Assembly (NCBI GenBank): GCA_964579475.1
Contig: CAZOFP010000001.1
Span: forward strand, 19,421-83,420
Source of the DNA: an uncultured Candidatus Saccharibacteria bacterium
GTDB lineage: Bacteria; Patescibacteriota; Saccharimonadia; Saccharimonadales; CAYOYH01
Direction: 5' to 3'
Length of the DNA stretch: 64,000 bases
The translations under genes and the position numbers were made by a program. Positions 1 to 9,269 of the stretch are shown one piece after another (position 1 is the first letter of the stretch; the number at the start of each line of letters is the position of its first letter). Below the pieces are notes generated by a model. The model searched no databases, had not been told where the DNA came from, and worked only from the letters and a program-made list of their open reading frames with translations.

Positions 1-81
1 AATTTTCTTTGCAATAGTTAACCCAGCGGCAACACCCGCTATAGAAAGCCCACCCAGTATTAGTATTTTCCTATTCTTCAT
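1..81 (-). CDS. 5' end of a gene running off the window; hydrophobic N-terminus (MKNRKILILGGLSIAGVAAGLTIAKKI), signal-peptide or TM-like
   Basis: Reverse-complement reading of bases 1-87 gives ATG ATG ATG AAG AAT AGG..., preceded by GGAGG. The rest of the gene lies outside the window. Confidence 0.3.
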   Translation of the reverse strand, partial: MKNRKILILGGLSIAGVAAGLTIAKKI

Positions 82-260
82 CATCCTCCACGATTACTCG
101 CCATATACTGTTTGACCTAATAGTAGAAACATTATATCGCCACCCAGTTATTATTGCAATAGTGCTGTGAATATGGTGTTTATGCACATGCAGCACTGTT
201 TGAACCTTGTATCGCGTGACTACATTGGGTAACATTTACCTAATAAATAAGGGGACTCAC

Positions 261-1769
261 ATGGACAAGGCTAAGATTCAGTCTAGGCGGTGGATTACGT
301 TACTCGTCATGGGCGTAGCGGTAATGATAACTGGACTACAAAATACAATGACAAATGTCGGGTTACCGTCGCTACAGGCAGAATTTGGTGCAGATGCAGC
401 CACTTCCCAGTGGTTTCTAAATTCGTACATTTTGACTTTCGCTGGTTTATTGCTGCTCATGGGTGCGTTAGGAGACAAATATGGTAGAAAACTTTTCCTC
501 AATCTTGGCCTACTTGTATTCGCGGCTGGTAGCCTTTGGGCTGTTGCGGCCACAACTAGTAATGAGTTCCTTGCTACTCAGATGCTAATGGGCGTTGGCG
601 CAGCGATGCTCACACCTCAAACATTATCGATACTGGTGAATGTTTTTAAGAAGAAGGAACGTGCGCTGGCGATTGCAATATGGACGGGTCTTGCGGCTAT
701 GGGTGCCGGACTAGGACCTTTGGTTGGTGGGATTTTACTGGAGAATTACAGTGTCAGTTCACTTTTTTACGTCAATATTCCCTTGATAGTTTTCGTGCTT
801 GTTGTTGGCTGGTTCGTGGTGCCGGAGTCAAAGAAAGCTAAAGCTCCAAAGGTAGACATCATTGGCACACTACTTTCTATGATTGCGGTCGTAGCGCTAG
901 TCGTTGGCTTCATATGGGTGCCCGAACATGGCTGGACAGGTCTTTATACGATCGGTGCTTTTGCAGTAGCTATTGTTACAGGTCTGATGTTCGTTAAATA
1001 CGAGACGATGATTAAGAATCCAATTCTAGACATGAAGTACTTTAAGGACAGAAAATTTGTAGATGGTGTGATTGGTATCGGCGTGCTGTTTTTCAATCTT
1101 ATGGGGCTACTGTTCCTGGTGACTCAGTTTTTGCAGATTGTTCAACAAAAAAGTGCAATGGACGCAGGTTTACTACTTCTACCTATGGCTGTAACCATAG
1201 CTTTTGCTTCTGTCGTTGGGCAGAAACTTGCTGAGAGATTTGGTGGCACTAAGATGATTATTTACGGTGTTTCCGTTGCAGCTGCTGGTATGTTGCTGGT
1301 GTCTCTATGGCAAGTTGCGTCGCCAGACTGGGTCGTGGCGGTCACCCTGAGCGTAGTTGGTTTAGGTGTTGGTGTAGCGATGGCGCCTGCCACAAACAGT
1401 ATTATGCAAGCATTTAATGAGGATAATGCTGGAATGGGGTCAGCCATTAATACCTTGGTAAGACAGGTGTTTGGTGCTATCGGTATCGCGGTACTTGGAT
1501 CGGCTCTCAATAGTCGATACGCGGATATACTTGAGCCGTATGTTGTTGGTGCTCCAGAGGAAATTGGTAGGCAGATTACGGGTTCAATTCAGGGAGCGTA
1601 TCAGCTTGCGGGTGATTTCGTTGCCCAAGGCCAACAAGCCATAGCCAACTCAGTGATTTCTACAGTCAATTCTGCGTTCCTGACAGGACTAGCCTCGGCA
1701 ATGGCTATTGCAGTGATTGTTACTTTGCTTGTCGCAGTCAATATTTCCCGACACACACCAAAGAACTAA
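261..1769 (+). CDS. MFS transporter, DHA2/EmrB-QacA-like (multiple TM helices)
   Basis: Track ORF 207..1769. The likely start is ATG at 261 (MDKAKIQ) with AAGGGGA upstream. MFS signature regions (LGDKYGRK, repeated TM segments); length ~503 aa. Confidence 0.8.
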   Translation: MDKAKIQSRRWITLLVMGVAVMITGLQNTMTNVGLPSLQAEFGADAATSQWFLNSYILTFAGLLLLMGALGDKYGRKLFLNLGLLVFAAGSLWAVAATTSNEFLATQMLMGVGAAMLTPQTLSILVNVFKKKERALAIAIWTGLAAMGAGLGPLVGGILLENYSVSSLFYVNIPLIVFVLVVGWFVVPESKKAKAPKVDIIGTLLSMIAVVALVVGFIWVPEHGWTGLYTIGAFAVAIVTGLMFVKYETMIKNPILDMKYFKDRKFVDGVIGIGVLFFNLMGLLFLVTQFLQIVQQKSAMDAGLLLLPMAVTIAFASVVGQKLAERFGGTKMIIYGVSVAAAGMLLVSLWQVASPDWVVAVTLSVVGLGVGVAMAPATNSIMQAFNEDNAGMGSAINTLVRQVFGAIGIAVLGSALNSRYADILEPYVVGAPEEIGRQITGSIQGAYQLAGDFVAQGQQAIANSVISTVNSAFLTGLASAMAIAVIVTLLVAVNISRHTPKN

Positions 1770-1775
1770 AAGATT

Positions 1776-2468
1776 CTAATCCTCTTGATGCGAGGCAATC
1801 TTCTTTGCCCTGTTTGAGAGTAGCGAAGCTACGCTTCCTGTTACAATTCCGAAAACTCCAAGTCCAAATATCATTAGGAATATGGCCACCCATCTTCCAG
1901 GGGTAGTGACAGGCGTTACATCACCGTAGCCGATAGTGGTGCCGGTGACCATTGCCCACCAGAAGCTATCAAAGTAAGTGTTCACATCTGGGTTAATGCC
2001 TTTTTCGGCTGAATAAAATAGTGCAGTGCTGATGAGTATAGTCGCCGACAGCGAAGTTGCGACTATCAGAGCGTAGGACCTGGGGATTAGTCGTCTGCTT
2101 ATCGTGACTAGTAGAGATATTCTGACTACAAAACGTGCAACAGCGAGGAAGTTAGCGACTGTCAGTGCCAGGCCATTACGGTCTTGTAGCCAATCAAGAG
2201 GTACTGCAGCGAGTAGTAGCCACCAGTGCTTTCTTATGAATGTGCTGCGATCGTTTGAGAGCCAGAACAAGCTCACAAACAGACCTAAGAAAAGAAAGGA
2301 AAGCAGGTTGTCTAGATTGGTGATTAATGCGGCTCTATCGCCCACTAGACTTAGGAATAGCAAGAAAAGTGTAAGTATGGCTATTAACGCCAGTAAAATG
2401 ACGCCAATTGCCTTGGTTATTGAAGGAAGATTAATTCGTTTGTACTCATGATGTCGTCGTTTGCGCAC
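1776..2468 (-). CDS. Potassium channel family protein (2TM/6TM-type pore with selectivity filter)
   Basis: Selectivity-filter motif TTIGYGD (VTGTTIGYGDVTP) plus several TM helices. Confidence 0.75.
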   Translation of the reverse strand: MRKRRHHEYKRINLPSITKAIGVILLALIAILTLFLLFLSLVGDRAALITNLDNLLSFLFLGLFVSLFWLSNDRSTFIRKHWWLLLAAVPLDWLQDRNGLALTVANFLAVARFVVRISLLVTISRRLIPRSYALIVATSLSATILISTALFYSAEKGINPDVNTYFDSFWWAMVTGTTIGYGDVTPVTTPGRWVAIFLMIFGLGVFGIVTGSVASLLSNRAKKIASHQED

Positions 2469-2584
2469 AATCGAAATTATATGCGAACACCCATAGAGTT
2501 ACCATAGCGAAAGCCAAGATGAGCTTGTTATTCATGTAGGTTTCTGTTCATAATAGTCTTTATAAATTAAGAGGAGGTCATTTT

Positions 2585-2905
2585 ATGGCTAAAATTGAAA
2601 ACAAGCGAGTTTCAGGTATATCAACAGCATCTATAGCAGTATTTGAAGGAGTATTTTTCGGTACACTTGGTATGATTGTTGCCATCTTAAGAGCTCTCGA
2701 AAACACTTTCCAGTATGCTGAGTCATCACAGAGCCTACTGAAAGGGTTGACTTTTGGTATAGCCAGCGGAGTGGTTCTCATCGTGTTGCTGCCAATAATT
2801 TGGTTTGCTATCGGCGCTTTAGTAGGTGCGATTCACGGGGTTATTTATAACTATGTATCGACACAAATGGGTGGGATTACGGTTCGTCTTACTGACGACA
2901 AATAA
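2585..2905 (+). CDS. Small integral membrane protein, hypothetical
   Basis: ORF with strong SD (AAGAGGAGG) 8 nt upstream. Two to three hydrophobic helices. Followed by an intrinsic terminator. Confidence 0.5.
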   Translation: MAKIENKRVSGISTASIAVFEGVFFGTLGMIVAILRALENTFQYAESSQSLLKGLTFGIASGVVLIVLLPIIWFAIGALVGAIHGVIYNYVSTQMGGITVRLTDDK

Positions 2906-2929
2906 TCTGGCTTATTGGTCATAAAAAAA

Positions 2930-2955
2930 GGAACGGAGCTAGTCCGTTCCTTTTT
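2930..2955. terminator. Intrinsic terminator hairpin (GGAACGGA-gctag-TCCGTTCC) flanked by an A-run and a T-run, potentially bidirectional
   Basis: Perfect 8-bp GC-containing stem followed by TTTTT, directly downstream of the 2585..2905 CDS. Confidence 0.6.
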
Positions 2956-3020
2956 GTCTAAGCAAGAAAATGGTATAGTAAGCATATTCAATAATTAATG
3001 GTGGGAATAGGAGTTCAAAT

Positions 3021-3557
3021 ATGAACGACACTATGCAAAAGTCTGGCTGGGCAGTCGGATTAGCAGGTTTGGCATCAATGACACTAGGAGTAGTGCTTTT
3101 GGTTTGGCCGGCACCAACACTTAACATCATGTTTACCGTGTTTGGTATATTTTCATTAATCTGGGGTATTATCCTCATAGTTGCTGCTATCGCCAATCGC
3201 GACGAAAGTGGCTTCTGGGCAATGCTTCTGCTGCTGGGCGTACTCAGCAGTTTATTTGGCTTGTTTCTACTTGGTGCCCCAGCATACGTAACAGGACTCA
3301 TCCTGTTACTTCTTATTGCTTTTCGTGCGCTAGTCATTGGTGCAATTGCACTGGTGCTTGGGATTCAGTCATTTAGTACCAAGTACAAGGAATGGTTCCT
3401 GCTGATATCTGGTATCGTTTCACTGCTGTTTGGGATGTACATCTTCGTGAACCCACAAGGTGGAGCTTTAGTTTCAGTACTAGCTATCTCAATCTACTTA
3501 ATAGTAGATGGTGGCTTCCTTCTTGCATCTGGTGTGTTTTCACACTCAAGCAAATAA
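3021..3557 (+). CDS. HdeD/DUF308-like multi-pass membrane protein
   Basis: About six short TM helices with repeated small-residue motifs typical of the DUF308/HdeD family. SD AGGAG upstream. Confidence 0.55.
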   Translation: MNDTMQKSGWAVGLAGLASMTLGVVLLVWPAPTLNIMFTVFGIFSLIWGIILIVAAIANRDESGFWAMLLLLGVLSSLFGLFLLGAPAYVTGLILLLLIAFRALVIGAIALVLGIQSFSTKYKEWFLLISGIVSLLFGMYIFVNPQGGALVSVLAISIYLIVDGGFLLASGVFSHSSK

Positions 3558-3583
3558 TTTCGATCTGCTCAGTCGAAATCAAA

Positions 3584-3614
3584 ATACACTCCCGCTCTGG
3601 GAGTGTATTTTATT
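3584..3614 (+). terminator. Intrinsic terminator (ATACACTCCC-gctct-GGGAGTGTAT then TTTATT)
   Basis: 10-bp perfect stem plus T-run just downstream of the 3021..3557 CDS. Confidence 0.6.
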
Positions 3615-3656
3615 CGTTGGAGTCGACATGGCTGTAGTATAATTAGTATCAAATAA

Positions 3657-4238
3657 TTGGATAAGCTAGTGCTTTTCGATATCGGCATAGGAATAATTAT
3701 TGGAATATTTTTTCACTCGACGAGTGATGTATTTACGCTTAGTACTTTTATCTCAATCAGCATAATGTTCTCTCTTTTGCCGGACATAGATTTCCCGATA
3801 CATTTCATGAGAGGCGGTACGTTTGAGGACGAGTACAAACACAGAAATCTACTTCACGTACCGCTACTACTCTGGCCTATTGGATCGCTCTTCTTGTATT
3901 TAGTTAGCCCAATACTGGTGCCAATGTTTCTCGTTGGCACGTTAATTCATTTTCTACATGACAGCATTGGTATTGGCTGGGGTATAAGGTGGCTGTATCC
4001 ATTCTCAAAAACGCACTATGCGTTTTTTTATCGCGTACGAACTGGTACCTTCACCGAGATTCCTAAACAACTGGTTTATGCTTGGACTCCAGAACAAGTG
4101 GATGAGTACGCTGAGGTGTATCATGACGAAGATTGGATTCGTAATATATATTTTAAGTGGCACCCCTACGCCATTGCAGAGGCTGCAGTATTCATTATCG
4201 CAATTCTTTATTTGATCAATTACAGTTCGGCTGGCTAG
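3657..4238 (+). CDS. Membrane-bound metal-dependent hydrolase-like protein (YdjM/DUF457-like), TTG start
   Basis: Polytopic membrane ORF with His-rich motifs (HFMRGG, HFLHDSIGIGWG). Family assignment is tentative. Confidence 0.45.
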   Translation: MDKLVLFDIGIGIIIGIFFHSTSDVFTLSTFISISIMFSLLPDIDFPIHFMRGGTFEDEYKHRNLLHVPLLLWPIGSLFLYLVSPILVPMFLVGTLIHFLHDSIGIGWGIRWLYPFSKTHYAFFYRVRTGTFTEIPKQLVYAWTPEQVDEYAEVYHDEDWIRNIYFKWHPYAIAEAAVFIIAILYLINYSSAG

Positions 4239-4786
4239 ATAGGTTCATCTTTAAGTTTAAGGAACCAGCCAATAACTGTGCTTATTGGATGCAACAACAA
4301 GCCCCAAATTATCGCCCAGGCGTACATGCTAACGGTGAAATCTGTGACTAACAAACTTAGCAATACAGCGCCGAGTATCCAGTCAATTTGGTCAAAAGGT
4401 GGCCAACTCTTACCCGGTTTTATATTTACCTGACGTTTGAAGAAACTCTCCAACGCATCACCACCTAGTGCACCAATAGTAAATATTAGCCCAAACAACC
4501 ATATGTTCACCGAACTATAATCGATGAATGAAAGCTCAAAGAAAAAGGTTGTATTTTGATAGAACCAAACTTGCAACGTCAGGACGATAAGAGCGCCAAA
4601 ATACCCTGCAATAAGACCCCTAAAAGTCTTGTGGTCGCCGAAGATTCGTTTATTGTTGAACGATTTACCGAAGTCCAGCGGTTTATCCAGCGGGTCAAGA
4701 AACTTAATCTTCTTAGCAAAAACTGGAAACATATTAGCTGTTCCAGCCGGCAGATAAAACCAAAGAGCGAACAAAATTTCGTTCAT
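4235..4786 (-). CDS. CDP-archaeol synthase-like protein (CarS / DUF46 family, CTP-transferase fold)
   Basis: Matches CarS hallmark blocks: N-terminal LPAGTAN...P.D.GK.F...R.FGD.KT.RG and C-terminal GD.LESFFKR...G...P.DQIDW; five TM segments. Confidence 0.7.
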   Translation of the reverse strand: MNEILFALWFYLPAGTANMFPVFAKKIKFLDPLDKPLDFGKSFNNKRIFGDHKTFRGLIAGYFGALIVLTLQVWFYQNTTFFFELSFIDYSSVNIWLFGLIFTIGALGGDALESFFKRQVNIKPGKSWPPFDQIDWILGAVLLSLLVTDFTVSMYAWAIIWGLLLHPISTVIGWFLKLKDEPI

Positions 4787-4826
4787 GTCTTCCTCATTTT
4801 ACTTGTGCTAATCATAGCATGTAAAT

Positions 4827-5369
4827 TTAGAGTTTGTACTCGACGACTTTACCATTTCGGATGACAGAAGTGAATGTTTCGAGTGTGGTTAAGTCGTTGA
4901 AATATCCTGCAAGAATTTGACCAGTGTTAGAATGGGCGACGATTAGTATTGAATCGCTTTTGTCATGCTTAACCTTCAAATCTTCTAGGAAGTCCGTGAC
5001 CCTTTGTTTGCTATCTAGGAGTGATTCACCGTCCCTGAATCTTTTTGAGTACCGGTCTTTTGTTAGGACGTAAGCTGCTGCTGCAAAGAACCAAGGTTTA
5101 CCGTTAAAGCCTGTCTTGTTATCGTTCAGTCTGGCATCGCTAGTAAGTTTTAGATTATGGTATTTGTTGATGATTTTTGCTGTCTCAATCGTTCGAGGCA
5201 ACGTCGATGTGTAGATGTGTGTCAAAGGAGTTTCTTTTAATTTCTCAGCAGCGGCTGCTGCCTGTCTTTTGCCTTTTTTGGTTAGTCTGACGTCAACACT
5301 TGGGTCGTCGTTCATGATGCCAAAGCGATTGTAAAATGTGTGCCCGTGGCGGACGAAGTAAATCCTCAT
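4827..5369 (-). CDS. Histidine phosphatase family protein (phosphoglycerate-mutase-like)
   Basis: N-terminal RHG motif (VRHGHTFYN) and a later His motif (VAHSNTG). 4-bp overlap with the upstream CDP-alcohol phosphatidyltransferase gene. Confidence 0.75.
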   Translation of the reverse strand: MRIYFVRHGHTFYNRFGIMNDDPSVDVRLTKKGKRQAAAAAEKLKETPLTHIYTSTLPRTIETAKIINKYHNLKLTSDARLNDNKTGFNGKPWFFAAAAYVLTKDRYSKRFRDGESLLDSKQRVTDFLEDLKVKHDKSDSILIVAHSNTGQILAGYFNDLTTLETFTSVIRNGKVVEYKL

Positions 5370-5989
5370 TCGTTTTTTGAAACCTTGGTTGAAATTGTGA
5401 GTAATCTATAGAACGCTGTCGCCCAAGAAAGTAGAGCGATTAACCAGATTACAGGTACAAGTAGATTGTTAAAAATGAGCCCGAAGACTAGAAGCGCTGT
5501 ACGCACCTCGTAGCGCATGAGTCCGGCTTGGAAGATGCGATTGATCTCCTGTGCATGGAGTGAGGAGCCCTTAAGGGCGGTCTCGCCTTTGGCTTTGATG
5601 TAACTTACGCTGTAGGCGCCTGTAATCGCTACAATTGTGGCCAGCACGGCCTTGGGGTTGTAGTCTAGTGCAAACCGATAAGCCAGCGCTGCAAAGACGA
5701 TACTTTCTTTCATGCGGTCTGTAGAAGCATCTAGAAGCATTCCGGCTTTACTGGCTCTACCCTGGACTCTTGCTAGCTCGCCGTCCAGACTATCCATTAG
5801 CCCAAATATCACCAATAAAATAGCACCAAGCAAGTATTGCTCGGCTACAATTGCAAAGAAAATTGGTACGTGTAGAACAAGAGAAGAAATAGTCACCTGG
5901 TTAGGAGTGATGGCACTATTTGAAATATTGTCTAACCACTTAGCGGCTAAGTGCATGCGAGATTTTGCAAATTTTCTTATACTATCCAT
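5366..5989 (-). CDS. CDP-alcohol phosphatidyltransferase (PgsA / archaetidyl-head-group synthase type)
   Basis: Exact CDP-OH-P-transferase motif D-G-x2-A-R-x8-G-x3-D-x3-D (DGELARVQGRASKAGMLLDASTD). The track ORF extends to 6133, but the Met at 5989 (MDSIRKF) avoids overlap with the divergent hydrolase gene. Confidence 0.8.
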   Translation of the reverse strand: MDSIRKFAKSRMHLAAKWLDNISNSAITPNQVTISSLVLHVPIFFAIVAEQYLLGAILLVIFGLMDSLDGELARVQGRASKAGMLLDASTDRMKESIVFAALAYRFALDYNPKAVLATIVAITGAYSVSYIKAKGETALKGSSLHAQEINRIFQAGLMRYEVRTALLVFGLIFNNLLVPVIWLIALLSWATAFYRLLTISTKVSKNE

Positions 5990-6047
5990 AACTTTAAAAC
6001 AGTATACTGGAAGCCAGAGATTCAGACTATTAAACTTTAGGGACAAC

Positions 6048-6977
6048 ATGCTCAAAATTCCAAAAAATGAACTTCTTCCGCTACGCATTGGGGGTATGAA
6101 CGGCAGATTATTAAAGATTGCAGCCAAGGACAATCAGGACGTTAACATATTGCTGGTTTATGGCGTTCATTCGTCAATGGAGCGTATGTATACGACCGCA
6201 AAATTTCACAGTCGATATGGGAGGGTTTGGATGCCTGATTTGCCTGGTTTTGGTGGTATGGATAGCTTTTACAAAATTGGTCGAGAACCTGACTTAGACA
6301 ACTACGCTGATTATCTATACACATTTATTCGAACATACAAACTAGACAAAAAGAAAATCCGTATCGTTGCTATGTCGTTCGGCTTTTTAGTCGTAACAAG
6401 AATGCTACAAAAATACCCACAACTCCATGACAATGTTGAGTTTGTTGTCAGCTTCGTTGGTTTTGGTAAAACTGAAGACTTCTCTGTCGATACATTCAAG
6501 AAACCAATTATTAAAATATCCCTCAGGCTAAGCAACACCAAGCTCGGCAGTTGGCTTATTGGCACACTACTATTTAATAAGGTTTCACTGAGAGTAATGT
6601 TTAAACTATTTCGTTTATTCAATCCAAACCCAAAGTATCGCCATGACTCCAAGCGCGAACAAGACCAAGCGGTTGAAATGGAGTTAGAGCTTTGGTCGAA
6701 CAACGATGCCAGAACAAAGTTTTACACCTACAAGGTTCTCTCTGATTTTGACCTTACGAAAGGTCAAAAGCCACTGCCACTAGATCTTTACGACATGGTT
6801 ACGCCAACAGATCAGTATTTTGACAGCGAATCAGTTAATAAGACCCTGTCGCAACTTTATCGTTCAAGTGAAATGTATATGGCTAATCTACGGCTTCACG
6901 CCCCAAGCGTTATTGGTGACGAAGAGGACGTAGCGAAAATCTATCCCGAAGCGATAAAGAAGATTTTAGCGAAGTGA
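6048..6977 (+). CDS. Alpha/beta-hydrolase fold protein (esterase/lipase-like)
   Basis: Only the distal part of track ORF 5712..6977 looks protein-like. The start is taken at ATG 6048 (MLKIPKNE). Nucleophile-elbow-like AMSFGFLV; length typical of alpha/beta hydrolases. Confidence 0.55.
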   Translation: MLKIPKNELLPLRIGGMNGRLLKIAAKDNQDVNILLVYGVHSSMERMYTTAKFHSRYGRVWMPDLPGFGGMDSFYKIGREPDLDNYADYLYTFIRTYKLDKKKIRIVAMSFGFLVVTRMLQKYPQLHDNVEFVVSFVGFGKTEDFSVDTFKKPIIKISLRLSNTKLGSWLIGTLLFNKVSLRVMFKLFRLFNPNPKYRHDSKREQDQAVEMELELWSNNDARTKFYTYKVLSDFDLTKGQKPLPLDLYDMVTPTDQYFDSESVNKTLSQLYRSSEMYMANLRLHAPSVIGDEEDVAKIYPEAIKKILAK

Positions 6978-6999
6978 CTTTGCTATACTTATTACCAAG

Positions 7000-8139
7000 A
7001 TGAAAATAGGTATAGTCTGTCCATACAATGTATTTAGACCCGGCGGTGTGCAGGAGGCTGTCTTTGCACATCAAAAAGAATTGATAGCACGTGGTTATGA
7101 AGTCACTATCATAACGCCAAACCCGAGACAAAATGACCGGCTTGCTCCAGAAGGTGTGCATTTAGTAGGCACTTCAACAGAACTCAATACTCCTTTTAGA
7201 ACCAAGGCGGACATCTCTTTGCATGCCGGCCCAAAAGAAATCTCCAAGTATCTTGAGGAGCAGAAATACGACCTACTTCACTTCCACGAACCCTGGGTGC
7301 CAATGCTTCCGAGACAAATTATCGACAAAGCCACCTGTCCGATAGTTGCAACTTTCCACGCCAAGCTTCCCGAAGCTTGGATATACAAAACTATTGGCAA
7401 AGCGGTTAAACCGTACACAAAGTCGTTCATTAAAGACATCGACTACATGGTTGCGGCATCAGAGCCAGCTGCGGATCATATTAACAGTCTGATAGATGGT
7501 AAGGTTCAGATAATCTACAATGGGGTCGACCTTACGAAGTATGATCCAGAGACGGTGCAGCCCCTCAAACAGTACATCGACGAAACGAAAACTATCCTTT
7601 TTATAAACCGACTAGAAAAGCGAAAAGGCCCAGATTGGATGCTAAAGGCCTACCGTCAGCTCGTGGAATCGCACGAAGACGTACGCCTGGTGATTGCTAG
7701 TGATGGCGACATGAGGAAAAGACTGGAATCGTATGTCAAAACATATGAGTTGCCAAATGTAGAGTTTCTTGGCTTTGTTGATGATGAAACGAAAGTTCGG
7801 TTGTACGCATCGGCAGACCTTTACTGCTCACCCGCCCCGTATGGCGAGGGCTTTGGCATAGTACTCCTCGAGGCCATGGCCATGCACACACCATATGTGG
7901 CTGGCGATAACGCCGGTTACAGGTTTGCAACTGGCGATAAATCTGACGAATATCTAGTTGACCCGACTAAACCTGCTCTGCTTGCAAAGCGTATTGAGAA
8001 ACTGCTCTACGATGAGGAAGCTAGAGTTGACTTCAAGAAATGGGCTAAAAAACGCGTACATACCTACGATTACAGAGTGGTGGTCGATGAGTATGAGACA
8101 ATATATAAAGATCTTATAAGGCGTGGGGACAAAAAATGA
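7000..8139 (+). CDS. Glycosyltransferase family 4 (PimA-like retaining GT)
   Basis: GT4 C-terminal signature EGFGIVLLEAMA and an N-terminal G-rich motif. Overlaps the next GT4 gene by 4 bp. Confidence 0.8.
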   Translation: MKIGIVCPYNVFRPGGVQEAVFAHQKELIARGYEVTIITPNPRQNDRLAPEGVHLVGTSTELNTPFRTKADISLHAGPKEISKYLEEQKYDLLHFHEPWVPMLPRQIIDKATCPIVATFHAKLPEAWIYKTIGKAVKPYTKSFIKDIDYMVAASEPAADHINSLIDGKVQIIYNGVDLTKYDPETVQPLKQYIDETKTILFINRLEKRKGPDWMLKAYRQLVESHEDVRLVIASDGDMRKRLESYVKTYELPNVEFLGFVDDETKVRLYASADLYCSPAPYGEGFGIVLLEAMAMHTPYVAGDNAGYRFATGDKSDEYLVDPTKPALLAKRIEKLLYDEEARVDFKKWAKKRVHTYDYRVVVDEYETIYKDLIRRGDKK

Positions 8140-9248
8140 GGATTGGCATAGTTTTCGACGACAGCCTAGACCGAGCAGACGGTGTGCAACAGTACGTCAA
8201 GACGATTGGTCGTTGGCTACAGAAACAAGACCACGTGGTTCATTACCTGGTTGGCGAAAGTGATCCGCAACTTCACTCGGATCTAACGGTCTATTCAATG
8301 ACTAAGAATTTCGGAGTTTCCGGTAACCAAAATAAACTGTCCCTACCACTACCCGCAAACAAAGAAAATATACGAAAAATACTCGATGAGCAGGAGTATG
8401 ATGTTCTGCACATCCAAATGCCGTACAATCCCCTAATGAGCGGGCGTATTATCAACGAAGCGCCCGTTGAGACGAGAATCGTAGGCACTTTCCATATCGT
8501 TGGTGCTTCATGGGTAGAAAACTACGGGTCAAAGCTTCTTAGTCTTGCGCAGAGAAAGACTTTGCGACACATTGATAAAATAGTTAGCGTATCGAGCGCT
8601 GCCCAAGAATTTTCCAAAAAATACTTCGGCATTGAATCCGATATTATTCCAAACGCAGTTGACATGAGTAAATTTAAAATCGGGAAGAAGTTAGCTAAGT
8701 TCGATGACGGAAAGCAGAATATTTTGTTTCTCAACAGATTAATGAAACGTAAAGGCTGTGAGCATTTGATCGAAGCAGTTCATTGGCTAGATAACAGAGG
8801 CATGTTCAAAAACCGAAGATTAATAGTTGTTGGAAAAGGGCCGCTCAGAACTAGTCTTGAGACTATGGCTAAACATTACGGTCTTGGCGAAAAAATTATT
8901 TTCGAAGGCTTTATCAAAGAAGAGTCCAAGGCTGATTACTTATCTAGTGCAGATTTAGCGGTCTACCCCGCAACGGGTGGTGAAAGTTTCGGGATAGTGC
9001 TGATAGAGGCCATGGCCAACGGTACGCTGACGCTAGGCGGCAATAATCCAGGTTATGCAACAGTGCTTGGTGGGCGACCAGAATTGCTGGTCGATCCTAC
9101 AGACACGGACATTTTCGCTAAACGTATCGACTCATTGCTAAATAATAAAAAGAAAGCTACAAGTCTAGTGGCTTGGCAGTCAGAAGAAGTAAAGAAATAT
9201 GATATTGAAAATGTCGGCAAACAACTGCTTAAGTTGTATGAGAACTAA
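8136..9248 (+). CDS. Glycosyltransferase family 4, second copy
   Basis: ESFGIVLIEAMA motif; paralog of the upstream gene. Confidence 0.8.
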   Translation: MRIGIVFDDSLDRADGVQQYVKTIGRWLQKQDHVVHYLVGESDPQLHSDLTVYSMTKNFGVSGNQNKLSLPLPANKENIRKILDEQEYDVLHIQMPYNPLMSGRIINEAPVETRIVGTFHIVGASWVENYGSKLLSLAQRKTLRHIDKIVSVSSAAQEFSKKYFGIESDIIPNAVDMSKFKIGKKLAKFDDGKQNILFLNRLMKRKGCEHLIEAVHWLDNRGMFKNRRLIVVGKGPLRTSLETMAKHYGLGEKIIFEGFIKEESKADYLSSADLAVYPATGGESFGIVLIEAMANGTLTLGGNNPGYATVLGGRPELLVDPTDTDIFAKRIDSLLNNKKKATSLVAWQSEEVKKYDIENVGKQLLKLYEN

Positions 9249-9269
9249 TAGAATCTTGAGGTATACTAT

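Noticed and set aside
5712-6047. N-terminal 112 codons of track ORF 5712..6977
   Set aside because: This part is antisense to the well-supported CDP-alcohol phosphatidyltransferase gene and has non-protein-like composition. The gene is taken to start at ATG 6048.
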